From positions 1 to 64,000 of the forward strand of contig NMRA01000287.1 of the NCBI GenBank assembly GCA_002633005.1: DNA of 64,000 nt, given 5' to 3'. Shown in pieces: positions 1 through 12,639 of this stretch (position 1 is the first letter of the stretch; each line of letters opens with the position of its first letter). This DNA comes from Phoronis australis (taxonomy: Eukaryota > Animalia > Phoronida). The notes below the pieces were generated by a model. That model made no database searches. It was not told the DNA's origin and was given only the letters and a program-made list of their open reading frames with translations. A program made the position numbers and the translations under genes.

Positions 1-680
1 CATTTGCAATCACGAGCACTCAAGGAATGACAAATTGTATCTAATGAGACAGACTTTGTTCCAGTTTCATACAAGCATTGGTTAGGATGAGAATAATTCA
101 TTTTGAAACAGAACGCAAAATAATAAACGTCTACATGGCAATTCGCCAGGCGCCAATCCCGACTTAGTCAAGAGATCATCCGACGAAGACTTCACTGGTC
201 GGATTCACAGGCTATCAGGTCGAACCGGAATACACTGATCAAGAAATACTAGAGAGGCGCCGTGAACATGCACAGGCAACGGAACGTATGGATAGTTCTT
301 TGGTAAGCCGGAATTCGTCAGAGAAATCACTGTCGACGAAATGCCGGCCACAGACATGGAGATGTTTCACGGCCTCATACTTGCTATTAACAGTGTACCT
401 TTCGTTCTTCACTACCGTGAGCCACTTCCTAAGCTCTCGAGGAAGTCGAAAAAACGATATACACGCTTTCTTCGCAGCTTCATAGTTCGGAATGATGCAG
501 CGCAATATAGCGGCATTCACTCTGCAGACGAACGACTGACGTCGCTGCGTCGTTTCTCACCTTCCTCACAGGTTAACGCGACAGCTCTCGGCAAGGTGAG
601 GCCGACCGTATAAGAGGCGATGTGTATATAGACCGATTAACACGGTAAAAAAGACTAATTAAATCGGGTGGCATTCTACT
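1..680. mobile_element. Internally deleted Kolobok-type DNA transposon (left end beyond window) with convergent KolX-like (+) and THAP (-) remnants
   Basis: + strand ~190-300 reads GFTGYQVEPEYTDQEILERRREHAQATERMD (YxFEP-like KolX N-terminus). - strand ORF 239..520 has THAP features (RCIIPN..FFRLPRELRKWLTVVK..HVCGRHF). Ends ...CGGGTGGCATTCTACT followed by TTAA (681-684). Inverted copy at ~55477-56015. Confidence 0.7.
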
Positions 681-719
681 TTAATAAAGATCATACAGTG
701 GGTTTCGGAGAGCTATGGG

Positions 720-2100
720 CGCAATACAAAACAAAACAAAACTACCACTAGGAGACGCCACAGTAGTCAGTCGCCATCGTCAAACGTCCTCTTCACACTG
801 AGAACATATACTCCAATTTTCAAAACCATCCCTTGAATGATTTGGTTGATCGAGGGGTGGACACCGAAAACAAGATGTGAAAACAGCAAAAATGTACACC
901 AGGTGGCGCAAAATACCTAGATTCCATGCAAAAACAGGATGACAGCTTCATCTCACCAATAGAAGTCTTGTATGTTCAAAATTTTATGAAAATCTGTCGA
1001 GGACCTTGGAAGATACAAACTGGTAAACATAAAAAACTAAAATCGCCACTAGGGTGAACACCAGTAGTCTAGTCAGATCCGTCTGAAAGTCGTCGTCGTC
1101 CATTGTCAACATCATATAAATACACTTGCTAAATTACGAAAAATCCTGCAAACGCTTTAATAGATACGTGAGCGCAAAAAACAAAACTGCCACTAGGAGG
1201 TACCAAAGTAGTCAGACTCGTTGGAAAATCATCATCAGCCGTCCACTTCATAGTAAAAACAGACATTCCAATTTTCACAATTATCCTGAAAGCAGGTTGG
1301 TTGGAAGACGAGTGGACACCAAAAAAACAGACTCGAAAACGGTAAAAATGGCCACTAGGTGGCGAAAGCTAGGTCGAATCCATCTAAAAACGGAGAGATA
1401 GTGTCACCTCCTTAACAGATACCTGTATGCCAAATTTTATGAAAATACGTTAAGGGCCTTTGAACATACAGAGGTAAACGTAAAAAAATAAAATTGCCAC
1501 TCCGTGGCACACCAGTAGTCAGATCCGTCTGAAAGTCGTCTTCCTCCGTTGCTAGCATCATATAAATACACTTACTAAAGTTAGTAAAGATCCTGTGAAC
1601 GGTTTAGGAGATACAGCCATAGGTCACTAGGAGGCGCCACAGTAATCGAAGTCGGAAAATCATCGTCAGCCGTCCACTTCATAGTAAGAACATACACGCC
1701 AATTTTCATAATCATCCTCAAAAACAGTAAAAAATGGCCACTAGGTCGCGCAAACTACGTCTAATCCATTCGAAAACGGGAGGATAGTGTCATCTCACTA
1801 ATATGTGCCAATATACCAAAATTTTATGAAAATCCGTTCAGGACTTTTTGAAGATCCAAAGGTAATTGTAAGAAATTAAAATTGTCACTAGGGGGCACAC
1901 CGGTAGTTGAATCCGTCCGAAACTTCGCTCGTGCCGTCCCATCCAGGGAAGGAATACACGTGCAAAATTTCATGAACATAAGTTAAGACTTTTTGGAGAT
2001 AGAGCAGCGCACGCCGGACGCCACACGGACGAAGAGACGGACGGACGGACGGACGGAGATGACGGCGTAATGCGTATATAAATATGTGGGCGCATAAAAA
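720..2100. mobile_element. Helentron/DINE-1-like non-autonomous element with internal tandem array (~150-bp subunits in a ~440-bp higher-order repeat)
   Basis: Subunits recur at ~745/897/1046, 1190/1351/1497 and 1625/1738/1886 (CCACTAGG.. core, CCAAATTTTATGAAAAT). Terminal (GACG)n microsatellite at ~2025-2057, then ATGCG...CGCATAAAAA short inverted repeat, as in DINE-1-type elements. Confidence 0.6.
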
Positions 2101-2164
2101 GAATATAAAAATGGATTAGGAGGCCTATTTTTCTAAAGATGGTGTTTTCGGTTTGTGAAATTGA

Positions 2165-2330
2165 CAGAAGGCGCGCGTTGATTGGCTCTTTAACGTGAAC
2201 CAAGACGGTGTTTATGAACAGAAGGCGTGCTTTGATTGGCTCTTTAACGTGAACCAAGACGGTGTTATGTACACAAGGCGCGCACTGATTGGCTCCTTAA
2301 CGTGAACCAAGACGGTGTTATGTACAGAAG
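2165..2330. repeat. ~53-bp minisatellite, ~3 copies
   Basis: CAGAAGGCGCGC..TGATTGGCTCTTTAACGTGAACCAAGACGGTGTTATG repeated three times. Confidence 0.85.
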
Positions 2331-2692
2331 TTTACAAGGAAATTTAGCCACCTTTCAGAAACCTTGGCTTTGTAAAAATCTGACAATCAATTTTGACCTG
2401 ATTTCTGTGACCAGAAGTGTTGAGGCAGTGTTCTTCTGATTTTTACTAGTTTTTTTCAAGTACCCGGATGCACTTCCGGTAATCGTAAAAGATGGAAAGT
2501 TGACTTTGGAACCAGTGGTAGTAGATTTTGTGCAAGGTCTTTGAAGTCTGTGCCCAGTATTTCCAACTTGAACGATTTTTTATTGAAAAAGAGGCGTTGT
2601 TTCTAAACTACATGTAATTCGGCATGTTTAGAACACGCATGATTTCACATTTGCGTTTTTCTATTGATGCCGACGAGGTACTGTGTCCGAAT

Positions 2693-2918
2693 CAGTGCGC
2701 GCACCCGGGGGGGGGGCTCGGGGAGCTCGGGGGGCTCGAACGAGTCCCCCATTTGGCAAAGTGGGCAAAAAGGTCCGCTTCAGAGAAACAAAAATTCCTA
2801 GAAAACGAGACAAAAGTCCACTAAAAAGGCGCAGACGCACAGTTCACAGTTCTGTCAGCAAAAGGTTCACATCGTCACATATTCGAGCCCCCCATATTGG
2901 AGGCTGGGTGCGCTCATG
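2693..2918. mobile_element. Short MITE-like element; related partial copy at ~9290-9497
   Basis: Imperfect TIR CAGTGCGCGCACCC / GGGTGCGCTCATG. Internal AAACGAGACAAAAGTCCAC and AAAAGGTCCGC..TTCGAGCCCCC are shared with 9290-9497. Confidence 0.55.
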
Positions 2919-3633
2919 TAATCAACGTGCAATGCACAACAATCATTTTTACAGGGTCACAGAAGTGTGCAAGTAATGAATACTGTTACGGTATTTTCAG
3001 GTTTTGTCCACCCTGTGTAACACAATGTTGCAGCTGACGCGACCTGTTTTTTCAAGCATAAACTCAGCAGAAAATGTTGAGTGGCACCACATGCAAAGAA
3101 ATCCACGCTAAGGGGGTAAGAATTCTTGTCGTTTTAGTTATCGACAATCACAAGTCACACACCACGCAAAACCTCTGCAGGTCTTACCCCAACTGCTAAC
3201 TAAACGTGATGTAAAGTACCCTTATAAGCACGCCACTTACTTGGTCGCCCTGTTTTCAGTGACAAGGCCGTAACAACTTGCACATAGAACACCCAGGAAG
3301 ACCTGTGGTACCGATACCTGATTTCTGAACCTCCCTATCAATTTAATCCAAATGACTGTTATCATACGTACAAGACATCTTATGATAAGTGCCTGTGCAA
3401 CAGTTTTCAACAAAAAATAACATTAAACTGGTGATCTTAATCCGCTTAAACCTATTTAAAGATAAAGTTTTTGCAATTTCAACGACTGAGATCAGCAGTC
3501 AATACTATTTTAAAAGTTTATTTAAACAATCATCTTGGGCTGTTTAGTTAACTCGTGAAAGACAAAAATTCGCTATCTACATAATTTGGTGGCCCCCGCA
3601 TCATTCCTGAATGAGGTCAGCTTGACAGAAATA

Positions 3634-4118
3634 TAGGGTGTCTCCAAATGGTTTAATTAGAAACCAAATTTTTTGTATTTAAAAAATCCCCCGAGTTTCC
3701 TTTACAAGGCACGAAAATTTTACAAATGACTAACTGGAAGGAACCAACGTCCGCACTTTTTCACACTCAGCACAGCTCCACTGTTACAATCTGCACATGC
3801 TGCACAGAATAAGCACTTCTTATTCAACTATTTCATCCTATGTTCACATCGAACACATTTTCTATTGTGACAAACACAGCAACAATTCCGTAAGTTGTTC
3901 TCACATCAGCTTTAGTGAAAAATGCTCGATATCTGTACTGGAGTTGCTAAATAGCTAAATAGCGCCGTCGGATTTATTTCGTTTGTTTTCTAATTTCTAC
4001 ACACTTCAAAACAAACTTAAGCACTGTAGCAAAAATCATAACCACCCTAACCTTAATCCCTTAGATCTAGATAAAACGATATTTTAGAATAGTTCTGTTA
4101 ATATTTTGGAACACCCTA
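3634..4118. mobile_element. Tc1/mariner-type MITE
   Basis: TA|TAGGGTGTCTCCAAA ... TTTGGAACACCCTA|TA: short TIRs with TA duplication. Confidence 0.55.
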
Positions 4119-5245
4119 TAAATGTATACCAAGAGGGTGCGGGACATCTGATGACGTACGATACAGCGCAGCTATTTGTCAATAACTCGGAGTTACTGTA
4201 ATCTGGTCTGACCACGGGTGCGTATCGTGGACCAGGATAATTATCCATTCCACTTTTGTGTGAATTCGAGATAAATGTCCACTATTCGATTCTCGATTAC
4301 ACTACGCGTGTGACGACCGCTGCATTAAAGCTATTAGTTCGAGCCGGAACTCGAATTTTCGAGTTTTTACTCGAAATGTCGAGTTTTTACTTGAAATCTC
4401 TCACATTTATTGGAGCTCGAATCTAAGGGTCATCAATTGCACAGTTGCACTGGACGCTCTTCAGCATCAACCGTAACATATTCCAGAACAGAACACTAGA
4501 CACTTATCTTGATTTCACATTCAAAAGGAAGGTAAGAGGTCAAAAATAATCTTGAGTTTCATTTGAGTACAAAAGTATCTTTCTGGTGTTTCCCTTGTAT
4601 GCTTCAGACCTCGGTGAAGTGGCAATACAAATGTGAGAACACCAGTTTCACTTCAGCCCCTCTGTTACCACCTAAGTCTGCTCTGAAATAGATGCCAGTT
4701 TTATCTCACTCCACCCTCAGTGAACACTCATTTTACCTCTTCCGCACCTCTGTTCACAACAGGGCTTGAGGGGGGGGGGGGGTCAAGACCAATGGAAACG
4801 TTGTCACACGGAAATAGCGACTGAGTCCCTCCCCTAGGGCATTTTTCGCCCGTCATGGCACTGCAGTATACAGAAACTGTTGTTTCACGAGCTCTTAAGG
4901 GTATCACAAGCTCATTATAAGTTTAAACGCAGAGTTTTACTGTTATGATTAAAAACCGGATGATCGCCGCACAAATAAAAAAGTTCATGTTCAATTCAAA
5001 GTTTCGTCTTTTCATTAGACATCATCAGGATCATATTTATACAATTTAGGACAACAGGTGCCAACATACAGCTCAGATAACATCCATAGAGTGAAGTGAG
5101 AGATACATAGAACATAGTCAGTGACTGGTCATCACCATAGTTGCAGGGTCACTGAGCTCTGCATGTTATTCAGAGAATCAGTGGCATACTGGTTCTGAAT
5201 GGCCAATGACTCTTTAATGTGCAACAACTCTTTATTAGGTTCCCT

Positions 5246-5540
5246 GCAGATAATACTAACAGAGTTGGCTTGGTGATTGTTGCAGATAATACTAACAGAG
5301 TTGGCTTGGTGATTGTTGCAGATAATATTAACATAGTTGGCTTGGTGATTGTTGCAGATAATACTAACAGAGTTGGCTTGGTGATTGTTGCAGATAATAC
5401 TAACAGAGTTGGCTTGGTGATTGTTGCAGATAATACTAACAGAGTTGGCTTGGTGATTGTTGCAGATAATACTAACAGAGTTGGCTTGGTGATTGTTGCA
5501 GATAATACTAACACAGTTGTCTTGGTGATTGTAGCTAATA
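5246..5540. repeat. 36-bp minisatellite, ~8 near-identical copies
   Basis: GCAGATAATACTAACAGAGTTGGCTTGGTGATTGTT head-to-tail, with no spacers. Confidence 0.95.
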
Positions 5541-6675
5541 CAATGCCTACATATGTTACTTTTCTCTGAACAGTTGGCCGTCTTCATAACAAATTCTGTA
5601 TGATTTCACAAAAATCCAAATGACAACACGGTATAAAACATGTGCTGGGTATTTTCATACTTTGATATTCATTTTTTAGTCCGTTTTCGAAGAGTTGATC
5701 AGAGCAGATAGCGATTCATACAACTTTTTATAACATTTTCATTCATCAAACGATTTTCAAAGAATACTCATGCATAGTGGCATTGTGGCCTATATTGGAA
5801 CGGTTTTAAACCACAGCTTAGCTTTCAAAAATAGGTGGTGTTTCTAAGTACACGCAATCCGGTACGGAAATTGCCGGTTTGTCGCGTAAAGTCACGATGT
5901 CGATAACTCTACACTTAGCCGCCAGTAGAAAAACTATTGAGTACTTCCGTAACTCACCGGCAATTTCCGTGTCGTCCTTGACCTCGAGCGGTCCACGATG
6001 AAAGTGTGTGGGGGCTTTTTGTGAACATTTTTGTTCTTTGACTGCGAATTTCTTACGAAGTCGCCGGAACAGGATACCGTGAAAGGTATTGGGAGAAAGA
6101 ACAATTCTTCATGGTTTGTTGAACCTCTGTTTTGTGTAAATTTATTGAGTTTTATATTTGCTATGGACGGCTGAAGTGAAGCACCGGTGGAATTTCTGGT
6201 CGGAAGTGTCATACCTTGTAGTATTACATGTAGTGTATTGGGGACGATCAGAAGCTGAGGACGCCTGTGGTTCTGTTAAATCTTTTTTTTCTCGCTACGC
6301 TGTTTTTATTTTGTATTTGAAGTTCCCCGAGAATGAAGATAAGGTATTTTACTAGACACATTTGAAATATTGTAAAAATGTCCATGTTTGTGAATAAGGT
6401 TGGAAATAACCTTAAATGTTTTTCCGTATTGCATATCATGTTCAGACACATACAATCCCGCCAATACCACACACGACTCTAGTGACGCACCATGTTTTGT
6501 CTCGTCAACATTTTGGTTACCATTACATTACACATTTTATAGAATGCATATGGGCCTTTACATTCCGCCTCTTATGGACATCTTAAACTTGGGTATTTTC
6601 TGCATCACTTTGAGATACAGACAAATGAAAATTTTGGTAGGCAGAATTTAAAGTTCAGCTAACATCCAAACAGCA

Positions 6676-7671
6676 CTAAGCTGTTTCTAACGACGATTCC
6701 GTTTGACTTAATTGTCCTCTACAGATAGCACGGCATATAACTTTGGCGAGATCCCGTCGAAAACGTGAACTTCCTAGGCAAAATACAAAACAGTTGATGC
6801 TATGATTCAAGATTAATAACAGATAAGACACTGGGGCGATTGTGCGTGTCTGTCCCGTCGACATGTCATAGAAGCCGCTTAAAAGAGTAATCGCATATGG
6901 AAGGTAGAACACTGTAAACATCACAGACGACAGCAGTAACATAACCGTTAGATGGCGTTGTACTTTCAGTGATCGTGACGTTGCTTCCTGCCCAACAGTC
7001 AGCGATAGCCGCCATCTGGTGTTCACTAGTGTTAGCGATATGATACCAGTGTTCATGAAAACCAAACTGCCGAGTGGGATTAAACAACGAAGAAAAGCTT
7101 CCACGGTATTATAGGTCTTCGCCAAGGCTTCAGGTGGAGCGGAATACGCCGGATAAAGGCAGTGTGTTCTGTTTTCAGGAGTGGTGTCTTTAATGTAGAG
7201 TACATACGGTGTACAGACGACAAGGGACAAGACGCTAATAGTTGAGACCGCAAACACAGCTTTCCTGACAGTAAACCAGGATCTTGCTCTTAAAGGCATG
7301 GCCACAACGATGAAACGCTCGAACGTCATAACAAGCAGTGTCCAAACAGAAGCATACGAAAAAGCGTATGAAGAAAATTCAACAAGAGCACAAGTAAGAT
7401 TTATCCAATGGATCGGAAATAGTGAATGTTCCACTGCAGTCGCTAGAACCCAGAACATATCCATTACACAAATGGATGAGAGGTAAAACGATGTAGAATG
7501 AGTCCTTGATGTCTTATTCAGTGTTATAACCGCTAACGTGTTTCCGATAACAGCCAACACAACTACAACATATTGAGCGTAATATACAACAGCGGAAACA
7601 ACCACGAATTCGTATGCCTCTGTTGCGTTTGTGTGAACTTGGCTAGAATTGTCGTCGCTATACAGAAGCAT
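6676..7671 (-). CDS. Intronless class A (rhodopsin-like) GPCR, subfamily 1, 331 aa; FMRFamide-receptor-like/putative chemoreceptor-like
   Basis: Seven hydrophobic segments; TM1 GN, TM2 FYLSSICVMD, TM3 C..SVWTLLVMTFERFIVVAMPL, ECL2 Cys, TM6 FYLPY, TM7 NHSINCFVFCLGSSRFRRDL; N-terminal N-glycosylation sequons. Confidence 0.92.
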   Translation of the reverse strand: MLLYSDDNSSQVHTNATEAYEFVVVSAVVYYAQYVVVVLAVIGNTLAVITLNKTSRTHSTSFYLSSICVMDMFWVLATAVEHSLFPIHWINLTCALVEFSSYAFSYASVWTLLVMTFERFIVVAMPLRARSWFTVRKAVFAVSTISVLSLVVCTPYVLYIKDTTPENRTHCLYPAYSAPPEALAKTYNTVEAFLRCLIPLGSLVFMNTGIISLTLVNTRWRLSLTVGQEATSRSLKVQRHLTVMLLLSSVMFTVFYLPYAITLLSGFYDMSTGQTRTIAPVSYLLLILNHSINCFVFCLGSSRFRRDLAKVICRAICRGQLSQTESSLETA

Positions 7672-7825
7672 ATTCCCGTTTCAGTCGAACGCTAACCAAA
7701 ACGTGCAAGAACAACGGTGGTTTTAACGTTTGTGGCTACACAACTGCACGTTTCCGTTTTCATTGATTTGCGTGTTTGTCTTCCATTAGTCTATATTTTC
7801 AGCAAAAAGTATCCCTTTTCCAGGA

Positions 7826-7864
7826 AAATGTCAAGTGAAACAGACGGGAACGCAAAAGTAAACA
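7826..7864 (-). promoter_or_regulatory. Candidate GPCR promoter module (sense strand TGTTTAC ... CACTTGACATTT)
   Basis: + strand AAATGTCAAGTG (7826-7837) and GTAAACA (7858-7864). The same pair occurs at 13306-13343 upstream of a divergent paralog. Confidence 0.55.
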
Positions 7865-8559
7865 CATTAAAGACAAAATGATTTTAATCGGAAAGTTTAT
7901 GTCAATCTTTGGAGGCGTTGCTCTGTTACATTTTGAAAACTGAAATTGCGCTTGTTGCATTTTGAACGATCGGTGCACAGATTTCCAGTTCACTTTCACT
8001 TTGAAATTGAAGATCCAAATCTGGAATATTAAATTTGAAAATTCAACGAAAAACTGAAAAATAGTATTTTGCTTGTCAATATTTTAGCAGGAGTTAGACA
8101 TCCTGCCCACTAGGGCACACTGCTTCCTCCTAAATGGTACAAAGTTCGAACATACGCTTCGTAGGTAAAGTACGAGCCTAATTTTACGGACATAAGCATG
8201 AAGCACAAATTGCGAACGCGCACGTGACCTACCTCGCTAACTGCCCATGGTTATATAATTGCGTTTCTTATTTGTGGAGGTGGAAACTGCTTTTACCCCG
8301 TAATTCACGAGGAAATGTAAATTTCCACTGCAGTTTCGACCTAGTAATCCTAGAGGAAATGTCTTTGTGAATGCTCATTTTAAAACGGCCGGTTTTGTTC
8401 TTGTTTCACAAGAAATCGCATGTAAACGAGGTATAGGGTTGTGCTGCGTATTTTTCAAATGTTTTTTACAATTGTGGATTTCTAGTGCATTTTAAGAGAC
8501 TGATAGGAAGTAGGTCGGAAAAGCATACATAGGCCTACTGTTTATTGTGCTGAGCTACA

Positions 8560-10260
8560 GACGCTTACTGGTCTTCTTGGCTTCAAAGTAACGCAGCAGA
8601 TAATTAAAATCTGTACTTCGCGTCAAGCCATTCTCCACACAAGAAACACTAATCCTGCGAGACTCTTCTGGGATAAGCACGAACGCAGCTCGTTTGACCC
8701 TTCACCTTCGGCGTTAGATGCCATAATGCTGAAATATATACTGAAGCCTATTCTCAGTCCCCGCCTGCTCGATGTAGCGCAAAGCATCCTGTGGTGTGGA
8801 CAATTGATCTGTTTTTTTCTTGGCGTAATGCACGAGATTCTCCATCAGATTTTCGTCTAACTCTGTCAGATATGCCTTTTCAGGTTAATTGCGTCTTCGC
8901 TCAGCTACTTGTATTGAGTTTGCGACACTCAGTAAGTACGTCAAAGCGTTCATTCAACCTTTAAGTTTCCTTTTCCGACAAATCTGTGCAGTGAGATCAT
9001 AGAGAATGATATTGAAAGCCATAGCGCTAAATCTCTCGCGCTTTTAGGGTTAAGTTATCACTCAACTCTTGACAGTATCTTCAGCTCTGTGGGATTTGGC
9101 CTCATTTTTTGTACGTCTCGAAAGCTTTCTTCATGTCCTCGAGCCATGATTCAAGATTTTAGTGCACTCTTGTACTAGGTGCCAGAGTACACTCTTTTGG
9201 TGTAATAACTTGCTGTATTTGGAAAATTGAATTGGGATATTATGTCCCACATAACTGTCAAAAATACAGCTCAAACGTCCCCAATTTCTTCACCCACGTG
9301 GCCCGCCTCAGTGAAACAAAAAGTCCGAGTAAACGAGACAAAAGTCCACAAAACTCACGGGAAATCGGCGCGGATGCACGGTGCGTAGGCCCGAACCTAG
9401 TGGCCCCGTTTTTTTAGTCCTCGTGGATTTCTTTCAGTAAAAGGTCCGCATACCGAGAAATTCGAGCCCCCTAAATTTTAGGCTGGATGCACGCATGTTC
9501 TGCAGTGATCTTGGATTTCCTTCTACAGTGTTGTCTTTGTTGACATCATCAACAAAATTGGATAGTGCAGCACGCATCGTTTGGTAACTCAATCGATTGA
9601 CGTGAGTTGCAAGTCCGCTGGTGGACCAGAGTGATTTGGACCAGCTCTTTTGGGTGCACGGTAATTCTGGAACAATGCGTTTGCATTTGTGGGTTAATTG
9701 TGAGCAGAATTTACATCAAAGTTTGAACGATTCCAAAACTTTGTTCCTGTAACACATGAACTGACAGCGTGAATGCCTATGTTTAACATTTGTCACGTTC
9801 ACTACCAGAAAAATAGCTTTGATACGTGCTTGCAGGCCTAGAGCTGTAAATTCGGATTCTATGGCTGCGGTACCGTGTCTTAGACTCTTCAGCAAGTTGC
9901 TCTGCATCTGATGTACTGACTTGCTTCGTCGCGTTGTTCTCCGATGATGGGTGTTCTTGAGTCATTGGGTTTCATGTATTTTAGCAAAGATTGTCTTGCT
10001 TCTCTAACTCCGCAGCTTCATGTCTCTTCTTGGCGCGTTTCCGATCCCGATGGATTAATTCACCATCTGTTTCTGTTTCTGTTAACAGCCTTTTTCTGTC
10101 TATTTCGCTTTTGATCAGTTTTAGGCATGAGTATTTAGGTACTTCAGATGTTCTGCCCAAGTAACGTCTGTTGTCAACGGTCTGTCCAGACGTGTAAACG
10201 TATTATAAAAATTGCAACCTTACACTTGCGCGCTTCTTAGTTGCAATGGCGACCAATGAA
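8560..10260 (-). mobile_element. Highly degraded hAT transposase relic (ZMYM1/Tip100-like), interrupted by a MITE
   Basis: Broken minus-strand frames give GLQARIKAIF (9830-9860) and a hAT C-terminal dimerisation-like segment YFSIMASNAEGE..NELRSCLSQKSLAGLVFL..ENGLTRSTDF (8600-8750). Confidence 0.55.
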
Positions 10261-11012
10261 ATGTCGGAACCACAGCAGTCGATAGTAAAGACCTTCCACT
10301 TATTGCACGTGGCCTAGGGAATGGAGCGTGCGACCTAACAGTGCAAAATTTGATAGAGCATATTTGTAATGATTATCGTGAATCTTCTTGTCACACAGTA
10401 AATGTATTGCAAATATCTTACCAAGCAACACAGTTTTGTCTTTGATGTTTCCTCGGTTCCACTGTATAAGCTGGACGGTGACAATTTTCCAAGGTTTAGT
10501 TTTCTCGAGCAGGACGACATCCTGCATTATTACAGTTTACTATTAAACGCAGCCCCGTGACAAATTTCACACAAACCGTCTAGTAACTACTTTTGTTGTG
10601 TGGCAATTAATTAAACGAATTCTGTGATAATATTTTTCAACTTTGTAAGGTAGTAGCATCAGTTGCACCAAGCAGCATTGCAGCAGTAGTTGTTGTGGTA
10701 GTGGTAGTAGTACACTTTATTCACGTTAACACAAAAATACAATTAATACAGATTAAAGCTGATTGAGACTCCGCAACGAACCGAAAGAGTCCGCTGACCA
10801 CGGAGCCACCAGGGAAAAAATACAGTGTTACAGATGATCAGTAGTACAAAATTAGATGGTTACACACAAAGCAGTTGGGAATAGTGCACTCAACTTCATA
10901 ACTTTCAAAACAAGCATTCTTAAAATAACCTAAAACATAACAGAAGATGACGAATTGAAAAAATATTTTTGAGAAATCCTTTCAGTGTTTACATTAGCAC
11001 GAACAGCCTCAT

Positions 11013-11178
11013 CACCAGCATCAACAGCAGCAGAAGTGACGGCAGCATGAGCAGCAGCAGCAGCGGCGGCAGCAAGAGCAGCGACTGCGGAGGCGCCGAC
11101 ACGGCACCAGCAGCAGCAGCAGCAGAAGCAGCAGCAGCGGCAGAAGCATCATCAACATTAGCAACAGCAGCAGGAGCA
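11013..11178. repeat. (CAG/CGG)n-rich low-complexity tract
   Basis: Runs of CAGCAG/GCGGCA; related tracts at ~10650-10710 and ~16005-16075. Confidence 0.85.
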
Positions 11179-11420
11179 ATTACAAAGATACAGCTTTTTA
11201 CTGCAGTTTCTACTTCTTTTGTTTCTGTTGGCCTACAAATACTACTGTTACCGCTAAGACAAATATCTACAACAAGAATACTTATACGATGTTCCATAGC
11301 GTTTTGAGAACTTATAAGTAGAAGGTAATAACCTGTTTAGGAAATTTGTTAGCCTCTGACACTTTTTGTCTTTGACAAGCAGTAGTTAAACAGCACTACA
11401 ATGCTTGTAACGGAATTTCT

Positions 11421-11876
11421 TTACTGTCGCCTACAAACAACACAGCATATAACTTTGGCAAGATCGCGTCGAAAACGTGAACTTCCAAGGCAGAAAAGAA
11501 AACAGTTGATGCTATGATTCAAGATTAATAACAAATAAGACACTGGGGTGATTAAGTGAGCCTCATGCCACAACGTGTCATAGAAGCCGCTTAAAAGAGT
11601 TATCGCATATGGAAGGTACAACGTAGTAAACGTCACAGACGCCAGCAGTAACATGACCGTTAGGTGGCGCTGTGTTTTCAATGTTTGTGAAGTGGCTTCC
11701 TGTCCGACAGTCAACGATAACCGCCGTCGTGTAGTTACTAGTGTGAGTAATATGATACTGAAGTTCATGAAAACCAAACTGCCGAGTGGAAACAAACAAC
11801 GAAGAAAAGCTTCCATCGTGTTATAAGCCTTTGCTACGCCATCAGGTGGAGCGGAGTATGCCGGATAAAAGCAGTC
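11421..11876 (-). CDS. Class A GPCR subfamily 1, C-terminal half (ECL2-TM7); 5' part in assembly gap
   Basis: DCFYPAYSAPPDGVAKAYNTMEAFLRCLFPLG...NHSINCFLFCLGSSRFRRDL, closely similar to the 6676..7671 protein; open frame to stop. Confidence 0.8.
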   Translation of the reverse strand, partial: DCFYPAYSAPPDGVAKAYNTMEAFLRCLFPLGSLVFMNFSIILLTLVTTRRRLSLTVGQEATSQTLKTQRHLTVMLLLASVTFTTLYLPYAITLLSGFYDTLWHEAHLITPVSYLLLILNHSINCFLFCLGSSRFRRDLAKVICCVVCRRQ

Positions 11877-12639
11877 NNNNNNNNNNNNNNNNNNNNNNNN
11901 NNNNNNNNNNNNNNNNNNNNNNNNNNNNNNNNNNNNNNNNNNNNNNNNNNNNNNNNNNNNNNNNNNNNNNNNNNNNNNNNNNNNNNNNNNNNNNNNNNNN
12001 NNNNNNNNNNNNNNNNNNNNNNNNNNNNNNNNNNNNNNNNNNNNNNNNNNNNNNNNNNNNNNNNNNNNNNNNNNNNNNNNNNNNNNNNNNNNNNNNNNNN
12101 NNNNNNNNNNNNNNNNNNNNNNNNNNNNNNNNNNNNNNNNNNNNNNNNNNNNNNNNNNNNNNNNNNNNNNNNNNNNNNNNNNNNNNNNNNNNNNNNNNNN
12201 NNNNNNNNNNNNNNNNNNNNNNNNNNNNNNNNNNNNNNNNNNNNNNNNNNNNNNNNNNNNNNNNNNNNNNNNNNNNNNNNNNNNNNNNNNNNNNNNNNNN
12301 NNNNNNNNNNNNNNNNNNNNNNNNNNNNNNNNNNNNNNNNNNNNNNNNNNNNNNNNNNNNNNNNNNNNNNNNNNNNNNNNNNNNNNNNNNNNNNNNNNNN
12401 NNNNNNNNNNNNNNNNNNNNNNNNNNNNNNNNNNNNNNNNNNNNNNNNNNNNNNNNNNNNNNNNNNNNNNNNNNNNNNNNNNNNNNNNNNNNNNNNNNNN
12501 NNNNNNNNNNNNNNNNNNNNNNNNNNNNNNNNNNNNNNNNNNNNNNNNNNNNNNNNNNNNNNNNNNNNNNNNNNNNNNNNNNNNNNNNNNNNNNNNNNNN
12601 NNNNNNNNNNNNNNNNNNNNNNNNNNNNNNNNNNNNNNN
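11877..12639. other. Assembly gap (N run)
   Basis: Continuous Ns. Confidence 1.

Noticed and set aside
5246-5540. 36-bp repeat resembling a CRISPR repeat length, and repetitive ORFs (5132..5587 etc.)
   Set aside because: Units are head-to-tail with no unique spacers, there are no cas genes and the context is eukaryotic. The ORFs arise because the 36-bp unit lacks stops in several frames.
10969-11307. Poly-Ser/Ala and poly-Leu ORFs on both strands
   Set aside because: Translation of a CAG/CGG microsatellite; no domain evidence.
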